The position numbers and the translations under genes are program-made. DNA of 64,000 nt. Origin: Acidobacteriaceae bacterium. Lineage in GTDB: Bacteria > Acidobacteriota > Terriglobia > Terriglobales > Acidobacteriaceae. The notes under the pieces are model-generated. The model worked only from the letters and a program-made list of their open reading frames with translations. It searched no databases and was not told the origin of the DNA. Position 1 is the stretch's first letter. Every line of letters starts with the position of its first letter. Of the stretch, positions 10,981-20,725 are shown in pieces. The stretch is taken from positions 233-64,232 of the forward strand of contig DASYYO010000279.1 of NCBI GenBank assembly GCA_035933805.1. Reading direction: 5' to 3'.

Positions 10981-12240
10981 ATGAAGCTGGGGGACACAAA
11001 AGAACCGATCCGCATGGCAATGGATACGCTGCGCTCGAACAAGCTGCGCTCCGGCCTCACCATGCTGGGCATCATGATCGGCGTCACCACGGTGATCCTG
11101 ATCTCCTCGGTGATCAACGGGCTGACGGGCAATGTCGATTCGCTGATCCAGTCCCTGGGGTCGAATGTCTATTGGGTCTTCCGCTTTATCCCGTTCGGAA
11201 TGCGGCCCACCACGGAGATGCTGACCAGAAAGCAGTTGACCTATGACGACGCGGCCGCCATGCGGACGCTGCCTCATGTGGTCGCCGTGGACCCCTCCCA
11301 GCAATACCGGACGGCGACCGGCCATGTGGGAGATTTCTCCGTGAAGTACCAGGGCCGCAAGGTGCAGAACACGCTTCTCGAGGGCGACTCAGAGGAGCAG
11401 CCCAAGGTTTACGATCTGGATCTGCGGGAGGGGCGCTTTTTCTCCGAGGAGGAGGCGCGCCGGCGAGCCAATGTCGCGGTTCTGGGAAGTGACACCGCGG
11501 ATGAGCTTTTTGGCGATCAGCCGGCCGTCGGAAAAGAGGTGGATATCGGCGGGGAGATATTCACGGTGATCGGGGTTCTGCAGAAGCAGAAACAGGTCTT
11601 CGGCGGGGGCAAAAATCCCGCTGACAACTCCGCCCATATGCCGCTGTTTACCTTTCGCAAGCTGCATCCCGAGATCCTCGACTATTGGATCAGCGTGAAA
11701 TATGACGATGCGAAGAACAAGCTGGCCGTGGAAGACGAGCTGCGCGAGCTGCTGCGCCGGAGGCGAAAACTCCGCGCCGACCAGCCCGACAACTTCGCGA
11801 TCTTTACCGCGGATGCATTGCTCGATCTGTGGAACTCTTTAACCAGCGGACTCTTTATCTTTCTGGTCGCGGTTTCGAGTGTAGGCCTGATGGTCGGCGG
11901 CGTCGGCGTCATGAACATTATGCTGGTCAGCGTGACGGAGCGTACCCGGGAGATCGGCATCCGCAAAGCCGTGGGGGCGACGAAGAGGAATATTCTTTTC
12001 CAGTTTACGGTGGAGGCGGTCACGCTCTGCGCGCTGGGAGGGCTGATCGGGATTCTGGCCGGCGGCGCGCTCACCCTGGCGGTGAAGCTGATTGTGGGGA
12101 CGGTCCTGCCGGCGCAGATGTCGATTGCCTGGTCCGTGATTGCCTTTACCATCTCCTGCGCGATCGGCCTGCTTTTCGGCATCTATCCCGCATGGAAGGC
12201 GGCGACGCTCGACCCCATCGAGGCTCTTCGCCACGAATAG
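10981..12240 (+). CDS. ABC transporter permease, MacB/FtsX family (paralogue of the preceding gene)
   Basis: Lies in ORF 10924..12240; the likely start is ATG 10981 (MKLGDTKEPIRMAMDTLRSNKLRSGLTMLGIMIGV). C-terminal MLVSVTERTREIGIRKAVGATKRN. Confidence 0.85.
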   Translation: MKLGDTKEPIRMAMDTLRSNKLRSGLTMLGIMIGVTTVILISSVINGLTGNVDSLIQSLGSNVYWVFRFIPFGMRPTTEMLTRKQLTYDDAAAMRTLPHVVAVDPSQQYRTATGHVGDFSVKYQGRKVQNTLLEGDSEEQPKVYDLDLREGRFFSEEEARRRANVAVLGSDTADELFGDQPAVGKEVDIGGEIFTVIGVLQKQKQVFGGGKNPADNSAHMPLFTFRKLHPEILDYWISVKYDDAKNKLAVEDELRELLRRRRKLRADQPDNFAIFTADALLDLWNSLTSGLFIFLVAVSSVGLMVGGVGVMNIMLVSVTERTREIGIRKAVGATKRNILFQFTVEAVTLCALGGLIGILAGGALTLAVKLIVGTVLPAQMSIAWSVIAFTISCAIGLLFGIYPAWKAATLDPIEALRHE

Positions 12241-12454
12241 AGCAGGTTTCCTATCGCTATGCTCCACCGAGATCTGAGAAGTGCGGCTTTTCCTGATAAA
12301 AACCCGCGTAGAGGGTAGCGGCTCCGGGGGTATACCTGGGTGTACCCCTACAGGAAATCCGCCTTAGCGCCAGGGGCCGAGCGCCGGGCCACCGGGCGGC
12401 GGCTGGAGTTCACTTTGGAAATGGCAGGGAACCAAATAGACTGAGACGGTTCCC

Positions 12455-13627
12455 ATGCTACCCCTCGTCATCGCCGCGTTTACGACCTTTCTGACGTGCG
12501 CCGGCCTGGGATATTACCTGCTTGCCTTGTGGAGCGCGCGGGCGTTCTACCGCCAGTTTCAGGCACCGCTGCCGGATTTCGAGCCGGGCGTCAGCATTTT
12601 AAAGCCGGTCAAGGGCCTGGACCCGGACATGTATGCGAGCTTCGCCAGCCACTGCCTGCAGGAGTATGGCGGCCCTTACGAGATTCTCTTTGGCGTCCGC
12701 AGCGTGGATGATCCGGCGGTGGCGGCGATCGAGCAGCTGCAGGCGGAGTTTCCCGACCGGGCCATCCGGCTGGTGCTCTGCCCGGAGCTGCTGGGCGCCA
12801 ACGGCAAGGTCAGCAACCTGGTGCAGATGCTGGAGCACGCCGCCTATGACTATGTGCTGATCAACGATAGCGACATCACGGTATCGCCTTACTACCTGCG
12901 CCGCATCATGAGCTGGTTCCAGGCGCCGAGGAAGAAGGGCGGCCGGGTGGGCATGGTGACTTCCCCTTACCGGGGAAGGGCCCATGGAACGATCGGGTCG
13001 CGCATGGAAGCGCTGGGCATCTCGACCGACTTTATCGCCGGAGTGCTGACGGCGCGGCAGATCGAGGGCGGCATTCACTTCGGGCTGGGAGCTACGCTGG
13101 CGGTCTCCCGCGAGGCGCTGGAGGCGATCGGAGGCCTGGCTCCCCTGGTCGATTACCTGGCGGATGATTACGAGCTCGGGGCGCGCGTCTCGCGCAAGGG
13201 CTTTGAGGTGGCACTGAGCCCCGAAGTCGTCGAGACCTTTGTTCCGGCCTACCGGTTTTCGCAGTTCCTGGCTCATCAGATCCGCTGGAGCCGCAGCACG
13301 CGCGACTCCAGAAAGCTGGGCTATACCGGCATGGTCTTCACCTACGGTCTGCCCTGGGCGATGCTGAACTTCATCGCATCAGGAGCCAGCCTGACCAGCA
13401 TCGCGCTCCTGAGCATGGCTTTGCTCACTCGCGTGACGCTGGCGCTGACCGTGGGCGTAGGTGTGGTGGGCGACGTCCAGGTGCTGCGCGACCTGTGGCT
13501 GCTGCCGGCGCGCGATCTGGTGGCCATGGGCATCTGGATCTGGAGCTACGCAGGGAATACGGTCGCATGGCGCGGCCAGCGCTTCTTTTTGAAAGACGGC
13601 AAGCTCAGCCGGCTGACCGCGTTTTAA
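12455..13627 (+). CDS. family-2 glycosyltransferase, ceramide-glucosyltransferase/HpnI-like
   Basis: N-terminal TM helix, VSILKPVKGLD, DSD (INDSDI), the QxxRW motif (HQIRWSRS) and C-terminal TM helices. Confidence 0.8.
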   Translation: MLPLVIAAFTTFLTCAGLGYYLLALWSARAFYRQFQAPLPDFEPGVSILKPVKGLDPDMYASFASHCLQEYGGPYEILFGVRSVDDPAVAAIEQLQAEFPDRAIRLVLCPELLGANGKVSNLVQMLEHAAYDYVLINDSDITVSPYYLRRIMSWFQAPRKKGGRVGMVTSPYRGRAHGTIGSRMEALGISTDFIAGVLTARQIEGGIHFGLGATLAVSREALEAIGGLAPLVDYLADDYELGARVSRKGFEVALSPEVVETFVPAYRFSQFLAHQIRWSRSTRDSRKLGYTGMVFTYGLPWAMLNFIASGASLTSIALLSMALLTRVTLALTVGVGVVGDVQVLRDLWLLPARDLVAMGIWIWSYAGNTVAWRGQRFFLKDGKLSRLTAF

Positions 13628-13653
13628 AGGCTGATCCTCCTGAGGGATATGCT

Positions 13654-15498
13654 CTACCGCCGGTTGCTGAGGATCTCCTTGCCGCCGCTTTTTGCGATCA
13701 CATAGAGCGCTCCCGGAAGCTTCGGCACATTCTCCATCTCCGTCCACAAAAAGATGCGTGCCGGTCCGCTCCATAAGCGGGCAAAGGACTCGTCGTTGTC
13801 GAAGATGGCCGGAGCATCCGCGAAGAAGGAGCCGTACCAGAGATTGGAGGAGCGTCCGTTGAGGATCCTGACCTGGCGGCGCAGGTAGAAGCCCAGCGTG
13901 GAGCCGGCCTCATACTCTCCATTGATCTCGACGATATCGCCGGGCTCGAGCTTTGGGCGGATAGCGTCGGCCAGCGCTTTTGAGGAGAGCACCGGCGAAA
14001 AGGTGACCAGGGCGATGTGCGCGGCGATGAGGAAGACGGCCATCATGGCGGCGAGCGAGCAGTTCGCCAGCCGGAGAGATCTTCTGCGCCGCAGGAGCCA
14101 GTTGGCGAGGGTCCCGATGAAGAGAGCGGCAGCGGTCATCCAGAGGGGCGTACGAAATGCGCCCATGGCGCGGCCGCTGAGGTCCAGAAAGTGCCCGAGG
14201 GAGAGCGCGTATTCGGCGGGATTCTGCGAGAGCAGCGTGGAGAGATCGACGCCCGGAGCGGGAGGCTCGGCGTGCAGGGCAAAAAACAGAGCGATGGCGG
14301 CTCCGGCGGCGCCCAGAAAGAACAGAACGGGAGCGATGCGCCGGCCGCCGGCGAGGGCTTCGGGATCGCTCTCCTCGGCTGCCAGCCAGCCGCCGATCAT
14401 GAGAGCCAAAGGGGCAAGCGCCGGCAGCGCGTAATACTCCTGGCGGGTGGAGAAGCTGAAGAAGAGCAGGACGAAGGCCGCCCATAGGCCGAGCAGGAGC
14501 CAGGCCTGCGCGGTGCGCGAGAGGGGCCGGCGATGGAGCAGGCTCCGGAGAGAGATGCGGCGGACGATCGGGACGAGACAGGCGATCCAGAAACAGGCAG
14601 ACCAGAAATAGGCAAACCATGGCGCCAGCCAGACGACGAGCAGGCCCCAGAAGAGCGCCAGCGGAACGGTGTCATAGTCCCGCGGAACGCGTTGATTGAG
14701 ATATCGCAGGTATTGCTCGTTGATGAAATAGAACCAGAAGAAGCCGTGGACATTGCCCGGGGTGGGGGCAAGGCCGGCAGGATGTCCTTGCGCAGGATTG
14801 CGCAGTCCCGCAGCCAGGTGCCAGGGCACGGCAATGGCCAGGAAGATGAGCATGCTGGAGAAGGGATGCCAGCGCCGGAGGTGTCCCAGGTTCCGGGTGA
14901 GCCAGAGAAAGAGGATGACGATGCCCAAAGGGAAGACCAGGCCGATCAGTCCCTTGGTCAGCACGTTGAGCGCGCAGATGGCGGCGAATCCCCATGCAGT
15001 CCAGCGCGAGGGCTGCTCCTCTTCGAGCGAACGCCAGAAGAGCAGCAGAGCGGCCGCAAGCCAGAGGCAGACGATCACGTCGGGAATCATGATGCGCGTG
15101 TAGAGAAAGATTCCGCAGGAGGTGAGCAGGATGAGCGCGGCGTAAAACCCTGCGATCCGGGAGGCGAAGAGGCGGCAGCCGAAGGCATAGACAACGAGGA
15201 AAAGGCCAAGAGCGTAGAGGGCGAGCGGCAGGCGGGCGGCCCAGTCCTCCGGGCCGAAGAGGCGAAAGCTGAGCGCCATGCTCCAGTACATCAGCGGGGC
15301 TTTTTCGAGGTAGCGGATGCCGTTGGCATAGAGAGTGATCCAGTCGTGGCGGACGAGCATCTCACGCGCGACTTCAGAGTGCACCGAGTCGGCATCATCG
15401 AGCAGCGGCGGGCGGAAGAGCGTAAAGCTGCCATAGAGCAGGAGCCAAAGGCAGATCAGCGCGGAGACGTGTTTTTTTTGCAGAGCTTCCATGGACAC
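13654..15498 (-). CDS. ArnT/PMT-like glycosyltransferase (GT39/GT83 type), polytopic membrane protein
   Basis: 614 aa with more than 10 TM helices. The N-terminal loop motif PPLLDDADSVHSEVAREM...YLEKAPLMYW is typical of ArnT/PMT-family lipid-linked sugar transferases. Confidence 0.75.
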   Translation of the reverse strand: MSMEALQKKHVSALICLWLLLYGSFTLFRPPLLDDADSVHSEVAREMLVRHDWITLYANGIRYLEKAPLMYWSMALSFRLFGPEDWAARLPLALYALGLFLVVYAFGCRLFASRIAGFYAALILLTSCGIFLYTRIMIPDVIVCLWLAAALLLFWRSLEEEQPSRWTAWGFAAICALNVLTKGLIGLVFPLGIVILFLWLTRNLGHLRRWHPFSSMLIFLAIAVPWHLAAGLRNPAQGHPAGLAPTPGNVHGFFWFYFINEQYLRYLNQRVPRDYDTVPLALFWGLLVVWLAPWFAYFWSACFWIACLVPIVRRISLRSLLHRRPLSRTAQAWLLLGLWAAFVLLFFSFSTRQEYYALPALAPLALMIGGWLAAEESDPEALAGGRRIAPVLFFLGAAGAAIALFFALHAEPPAPGVDLSTLLSQNPAEYALSLGHFLDLSGRAMGAFRTPLWMTAAALFIGTLANWLLRRRRSLRLANCSLAAMMAVFLIAAHIALVTFSPVLSSKALADAIRPKLEPGDIVEINGEYEAGSTLGFYLRRQVRILNGRSSNLWYGSFFADAPAIFDNDESFARLWSGPARIFLWTEMENVPKLPGALYVIAKSGGKEILSNRR

Positions 15499-15653
15499 GG
15501 AGGATCGCTGGGAACATCTTCGGTTTCTGTGGCTTCTCCCAGCTTATCGGGCAAACTCCGGTTCCTGCGCGACTATCTGGATTCCCCTCCGGGCCTGTTC
15601 CCAAGTGCCGAGCCGGGCGGGGAATCAGGCGGAGTCTTCCGCAGAGGCAGGCG

Positions 15654-16805
15654 ATGCAAAGACGATATAGTGAAGGAACGAAGGCCATGGCAGCGGAGAC
15701 GGCAACTACGCGGACGAACGACGCAGCGGGGGCGCCGGGAACTGCTCTGCTCTACAACGATTGGTACCCGGCGGTGCGCAGCGGGGGTTTGCGCGGCCGC
15801 AGGATGACCACGACCATGCTGCTGGGAGTGCCGCTGGTTCTGGGCCGCAAAGAGGATGGCGCGCTGTTTGCGATGCGCGACAGCTGCCCGCATCGCGGCA
15901 TTCCTCTCTCCTGCGGATGGTTCGACGGCAGCGCGGTGACCTGCAAGTATCACGGGTGGGCGTTTGAGCCGGAGTCCGGGCAATGCATGGAGATTCCTTC
16001 GCTCACCAGCCGGGATGAGTTTCCCAGCCGCATTTATGCTGGAGCGTTTCCCTGCCGCGAGGCCGACGGGTATGCCTGGGTATATATGCCCAAACCGGGC
16101 AGCGGGCGAGTGCGGATGGAGGCGCGCGAAACGCTTCCGCCGGTGCCCGAGGTGCCTAAGTTCGGCGGCAAGTTCCGCACGGCGCACCTGACCGCGGAGC
16201 TGCCATGCAATGTCGATCACGGAATTATCGGGCTGATGGACCCGGCGCACGGCCCCTTTGTTCACCAGGCATGGTGGTGGCGCTCCCGCCGGAGCATTCA
16301 CGAGAAGGAGAAGCATTTCGAGCCGATTGCCCAGGGCTTCCGCATGTCGGCCCATGTGCCTTCAGCCAACAGCGCACCTTACAAGCTCTTAGGCGTGTAT
16401 GGTGAACCGATCGAGACGACGATCGATTTCGTGCTACCCAATCGCCGCTATGAGACGCTGCGCTGCGGTTCGAAGTGGTTTTCCAGCCTGACGACGGTGA
16501 CCCCGACCTCGGCCAACCAATGCCGCATCGACGTGTGCGGAGCGTGGAACGTCTTCTACCGCATTCCATTTGTCACAATGGCGGCAAAGTTTTTCGGGAA
16601 CCGCTTTGTGCGCCAGGACCAGGTCACGATGATCCAGCAGGCGCAAGGCTTGAAGTTCAATCCCGGGCTGATGCTGATTGACGACGCCGACCGGCCCGCG
16701 AAATGGTACTTCGCCCTGAAGCGCGCGCGTCTGGAGGCGGAGGAGACCGGCCGCCGGATGGAGCATCCGATGGACGGCCCGGTGACGCTGCACTGGCGCA
16801 GCTGA
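15654..16805 (+). CDS. Rieske [2Fe-2S] non-haem iron oxygenase (PaO/Tic55-like)
   Basis: Rieske motif CPHRG-x15-CKYHGW. The start is uncertain; ATG 15687 is also possible. Confidence 0.8.
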   Translation: MQRRYSEGTKAMAAETATTRTNDAAGAPGTALLYNDWYPAVRSGGLRGRRMTTTMLLGVPLVLGRKEDGALFAMRDSCPHRGIPLSCGWFDGSAVTCKYHGWAFEPESGQCMEIPSLTSRDEFPSRIYAGAFPCREADGYAWVYMPKPGSGRVRMEARETLPPVPEVPKFGGKFRTAHLTAELPCNVDHGIIGLMDPAHGPFVHQAWWWRSRRSIHEKEKHFEPIAQGFRMSAHVPSANSAPYKLLGVYGEPIETTIDFVLPNRRYETLRCGSKWFSSLTTVTPTSANQCRIDVCGAWNVFYRIPFVTMAAKFFGNRFVRQDQVTMIQQAQGLKFNPGLMLIDDADRPAKWYFALKRARLEAEETGRRMEHPMDGPVTLHWRS

Positions 16806-16889
16806 AGCCCCGCTTCACGGGACGCGGAAAAGCCCCAGCTGAAAAGATACTGCTAAAAGATACCTTCGTTGTTTCCGATCGTGCGGGAG

Positions 16890-19463
16890 CTATGCGCGCT
16901 GAACGGTCTCCAGCCCGGGCGCATGTTCGCGCGTGCCCGTCGAGCCATCTTCGACCACCAGTTCTTCGACGGCGATCCAAAGCTGACGCCCGAGCTCGAG
17001 GAAGAGGTCGCGCCAGCGATCGGAGATTGCCGGCTCCTGTTCTTTGAGGAACTGAGGCGAGCTGACCAGCGTGTCGTGCCAGATGTTCTGCGCCTGCCAG
17101 AGGTTGAGCTGGAAAGGCAGTTCCCGGACGGTGCGGGCCATGGCGAGCGTTCGTTCCAGCAGGTCGAAGTCGAGTGGCTCGGACTGCACGCTGACCATGG
17201 CGCGCTTCATCCGCTGATCGACGGAGTATTTCAGGTCGCCCTCATCGAGGGCCACGCCGTCGGACTTGGCGAGGCTGATGAGCGAGTGCACGCGGGCGAG
17301 GTCGATGGGCTCGTCTTCGAGCGCGCGGCGAAGGCCGGCGTTAATGGCAAAGCCGGCGGCCATGCGGAGCGCGGGCGGTTTGGGAAGCTTGGCCGCAGTG
17401 AGGAAGTGCAATAGAGAGGCGTGCTCCTCGTAGATGCCCGCGAGGCTGCGTTCCACCTGGCCCAGAGTGGACTTCAGAATCAGGTTAAGAATGCGCCGCT
17501 GGTCATCGCTGAACAGGGAGACGAGAGAGTACGGGCTGCCGCCGAAGTAACGGTCGATGAGGCGCACGACCTCGGGCAGGTTTCCCATGGTGACCGCCGC
17601 GCTGCACTTCCTTTTGAGGGCGGCAAAGGGAGTCAGATCTTTGGGCACGAAGCTCTTGACCGCGGCGCTGACGTTCTGGTCGCCGAAGTGAAGGGCTGCG
17701 AAGGAGAAGGTTTCGCTCTCCTCGGTGATGTTCGAGGCGACCTGTATGCGGCCGATGGCGAAGCGGCCGCGGCCCGAGGTGACGATGTCGTATTCCAGGC
17801 GGCGAATTGTATAGCAGAGAACGACGGTCTCCTCGGAGAAGCTGCTGAAGAAGGAGGAGATGGCGTAATGGGCGGCGACCTGCTCGAGCGATACTTCGAG
17901 CGGTTCGACCAGACGCTGGTAGATCTCGGCGCCATCCTTCCACTCGGGCACATTGCTTTTGGCCTGCCGGAGGATTTCGAGGAAGTGCTCTTCGAGCTGG
18001 AGCCGGTCGATGCCAAAGACCTCCGCGGCAAGCTGGATGGCGCGCGCCGCATAGGCGATAATCTGCACCGTCTCAATGCCGGAGATGTCGTCGAAGAACC
18101 AGCCGCAGCTGGTGTACATAAGCTGGGCGTGGCGCTGCATCTCCATCAGCTTGAGGATCTGGCTGCGCTCGGCAGGCGAAAGAGGCCGCACAGCCTGCCT
18201 GATGAGAAAGCGGTCTACCTCTTTCTGGCGGTCGTGTTTGGAGGAGAGGATGACGGAGATATAGGCGTTGCGCGCCTGCCAGACATCCTTGAGCAGGCCG
18301 TGCGCGGTCTGTTCGGTCAGCGGCAGAATGGTGTCGCGAAGCCAATCCAGGGCGGAGCGGAGCGGGGCTCGCCATTGCTGATTCCAGCCGGCGCGTCCGC
18401 CATTGCAGCCGCAGTCGGAGCGCCAGCGCTCAACTCCGTGAGCGCAGCTCCATGAGGTATTGTCGACGACCTGGGCCTCCCAGGCCGGGGGGAACAGCTC
18501 CAGATACTCACCGTAGTTGGTCAGCGTCGCCATCTGGCTGTCTTCAATCAGCTTCAAGGCATAGGAGAGCGCCATCTCTCCATGGCGATGGTGATGCCCA
18601 TAGCTCTCTCCATCGGTGGCGACATGCACCAGCTCGTGCCCCTGCGAGGCGGGATGGAAGTCTCCGGTGAGGCGGGCGGCGAAGGTTTCTCCGTTGTTGA
18701 GCAGACCCTCGAAGGCGATGGCGCGGGAGACTGGCCCGTTGTAAAAGAAGACGGCGATGGTGCGGCCCTCGTCGAGCCGCACGAGGTAGGGGCGGCGGGT
18801 GTCGACGGAGGACGCTGGAGTCTCCAGCCAACGGTCGGCTGCTCCGTTCAGGTCCGGAAGCGTAGGCTGCAGGCTGGTCTCGGGCAGCTCGCGCACCCGC
18901 AGGCACTGGTGCGGGGCAAGGATGGTGAAGCGAATGCCGTGTCTGGCGAGCGCGTCGAGGGTGTCGCGGGAGACCGCGGTTTCGGGTAGCCACATGCCCT
19001 CGGGCTTGCGGCCGAAGCGGTGTTCAAAGTCGGCGATTCCCCATTGAATCTGCGTCTCCCGGTCGCGCTCGTTGGCCAGGGGCATGATGATGTGGTTGTA
19101 GATCTGCGCGAGTGCGGAGCCGTGGCCGCTGCAGCGCAGGGCGCTTTGCTCATCTCCGCGGCGAATCATGCGATAGGTACGCGGCGCGTTCTCCTCCAGC
19201 CAGGAGAGCAGCGTGGGGCCGAAGTTGAAGCTGATGCGAGAGTAGTTGTTGACGATGCGGACGATCTGGTTGATCCGATTGACGATGCGCGAAGCCCCGT
19301 TGGGCGCATAGCACTCGGCGGTGACGCGATCGTTCCAGTCATGGTAAGGCGCGGCCGAGTCCTGCGTCTCTACGCTCTCCAGCCAGGGATTTTCCCGCGG
19401 GGGCTGATAGAAGTGGCCGTGAATGCAGATGTAACGCCCGGATGGGGACAAGTGAGCGGACAT
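16890..19463 (-). CDS. glycoside hydrolase family 57 protein with large C-terminal (DUF3536-like) extension
   Basis: Lies in ORF 16890..19625; the likely start is MSAHLSPSGRYICIHGHFYQPPRENPW (ATG 19463). Also carries the GH57 signature HGHFYQPPRE and ATDGESYGHH. Confidence 0.85.
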   Translation of the reverse strand: MSAHLSPSGRYICIHGHFYQPPRENPWLESVETQDSAAPYHDWNDRVTAECYAPNGASRIVNRINQIVRIVNNYSRISFNFGPTLLSWLEENAPRTYRMIRRGDEQSALRCSGHGSALAQIYNHIIMPLANERDRETQIQWGIADFEHRFGRKPEGMWLPETAVSRDTLDALARHGIRFTILAPHQCLRVRELPETSLQPTLPDLNGAADRWLETPASSVDTRRPYLVRLDEGRTIAVFFYNGPVSRAIAFEGLLNNGETFAARLTGDFHPASQGHELVHVATDGESYGHHHRHGEMALSYALKLIEDSQMATLTNYGEYLELFPPAWEAQVVDNTSWSCAHGVERWRSDCGCNGGRAGWNQQWRAPLRSALDWLRDTILPLTEQTAHGLLKDVWQARNAYISVILSSKHDRQKEVDRFLIRQAVRPLSPAERSQILKLMEMQRHAQLMYTSCGWFFDDISGIETVQIIAYAARAIQLAAEVFGIDRLQLEEHFLEILRQAKSNVPEWKDGAEIYQRLVEPLEVSLEQVAAHYAISSFFSSFSEETVVLCYTIRRLEYDIVTSGRGRFAIGRIQVASNITEESETFSFAALHFGDQNVSAAVKSFVPKDLTPFAALKRKCSAAVTMGNLPEVVRLIDRYFGGSPYSLVSLFSDDQRRILNLILKSTLGQVERSLAGIYEEHASLLHFLTAAKLPKPPALRMAAGFAINAGLRRALEDEPIDLARVHSLISLAKSDGVALDEGDLKYSVDQRMKRAMVSVQSEPLDFDLLERTLAMARTVRELPFQLNLWQAQNIWHDTLVSSPQFLKEQEPAISDRWRDLFLELGRQLWIAVEELVVEDGSTGTREHAPGLETVQRA

Positions 19464-19549
19464 GAGTCCAATGATAGACCCGGCAGGCGAAGCCCTGGGC
19501 TGTGGCGATAGCGGTGCGGGGGCGAGGCGCGGGGCGACTCGGGAGCGAG

Positions 19550-20230
19550 TCAGGGCGTGGCGGCGGGGCTTGGATCGCAGGCGCGCCAGAGATACCAGCT
19601 CGCGACCGAGCGCCAGGGCTTCCAACGCTCTGCGCGGCGCAGCATCTCCTCCGGTTTGGGGAGCATGGCCGCGGTGACTGGTTTACCGTTGAGCTTTTTT
19701 CCGAAGGTCAACAGAAAGCCTTTGCGCACCCCGTAATCGGAGACGGGAAAGACATCGGGACGGCCGAGACGGAAGATCAACAGCATCTCGACGGTCCAGA
19801 CGCCGATGCCGCGCACCTGGGTGAGGCGCTCGATGATCTCGGCATCCGGCATGCGGCGGATGCGGGCCAGCGAGGGAACGGTGCCGTCAGCGGTTTTGGC
19901 CGCCAGGTCGCGCAAGGCAAGTATCTTGTTGCGCGAGACGCCGGCTGCGCGCAGGGCCTCGTCGGAGATGGCCAGCAACTGCTCCGGCTGGGGATGGAGG
20001 TCGCCGAAGGCAGCGAGCAGGCGGCGCAGAATGGTAGCCGCGGCCTTGCCGTGAAGCTGCTGATAGATGATCGACTCGAGCAAGGCTTCAAAAGGGGAGT
20101 GCGAACTCTTGAGGCGAAGAGCAAAGGGACCGGCGCGGTCCATCAATGCACCCAGTTTTGGGTCAGCCGCCGCAAGCTGGCGGGAGGCGAGAGCAAAGTC
20201 GTAGCGAACAGGTCTGCGGCCGTCGACCAT
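19550..20230 (-). CDS. DNA-3-methyladenine glycosylase II family (HhH-GPD)
   Basis: Lies in ORF 19550..20503; the likely start is MVDGRRPV (ATG 20230). HhH-GPD motif VRGIGVWTVEMLLIFRLGRPDVFPVSDYGVRKG. Confidence 0.85.
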   Translation of the reverse strand: MVDGRRPVRYDFALASRQLAAADPKLGALMDRAGPFALRLKSSHSPFEALLESIIYQQLHGKAAATILRRLLAAFGDLHPQPEQLLAISDEALRAAGVSRNKILALRDLAAKTADGTVPSLARIRRMPDAEIIERLTQVRGIGVWTVEMLLIFRLGRPDVFPVSDYGVRKGFLLTFGKKLNGKPVTAAMLPKPEEMLRRAERWKPWRSVASWYLWRACDPSPAATP

Positions 20231-20725
20231 AGTCTTCCTTCTCTGCGACAAAGTCGCGCAGGCAAAGCGAGGCGGAAGCCGTTTTGCGCGCCGCGCCCCT
20301 AGGCCCGGCAGCAGGGCTCGACGCCTGAGAGTGACACAGGATCGCGCGCGAAAAAAATCCGTCCGGGCAATGTAAAAAAATCCCTTGCCAAGCAGTGTAT
20401 CCAATCGACCCCTGGCCAGGAGCGGCGAATTTTTCAGCGTCGGATAGGGCACGGCCCCGAGCCGAGCGACCAGGCGCAAATCCGCTCCAGCAGCGGGGAA
20501 CAAAGGGATTCCGCCAAGCGCCGGCTGGAGATTGGCTGCATTTGGCGAAGGGCTTTCCCGGCCTTCCGCGTTTTCCTCCCGAGGCGAATTGCTGCTATAT
20601 TCATTTTTTACGGAGCAACTCTATCGGAGCCACTTCTCCGGCCGAGTCGCGGAATAAATCGGACAAAAAGTCGCAGCGAAAACCTCCAAACCAGAACGGA
20701 AATTGAGGAAGCAGGGACTCATTCA

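Noticed and set aside
12455-13627. Specific call as hopanoid glycosyltransferase HpnI
   Set aside because: The sequence fits the HpnI/ceramide-glucosyltransferase-like GT2 clade. However, no hpnJ, hpnK, shc or other hopanoid genes are adjacent, so only the family-level call is supported.
20395-20706. 103-aa plus-strand ORF in the actA upstream region
   Set aside because: Its composition is irregular, it has no motif or Shine-Dalgarno, and it spans A-tracts and hairpins. It is more plausibly non-coding control DNA.
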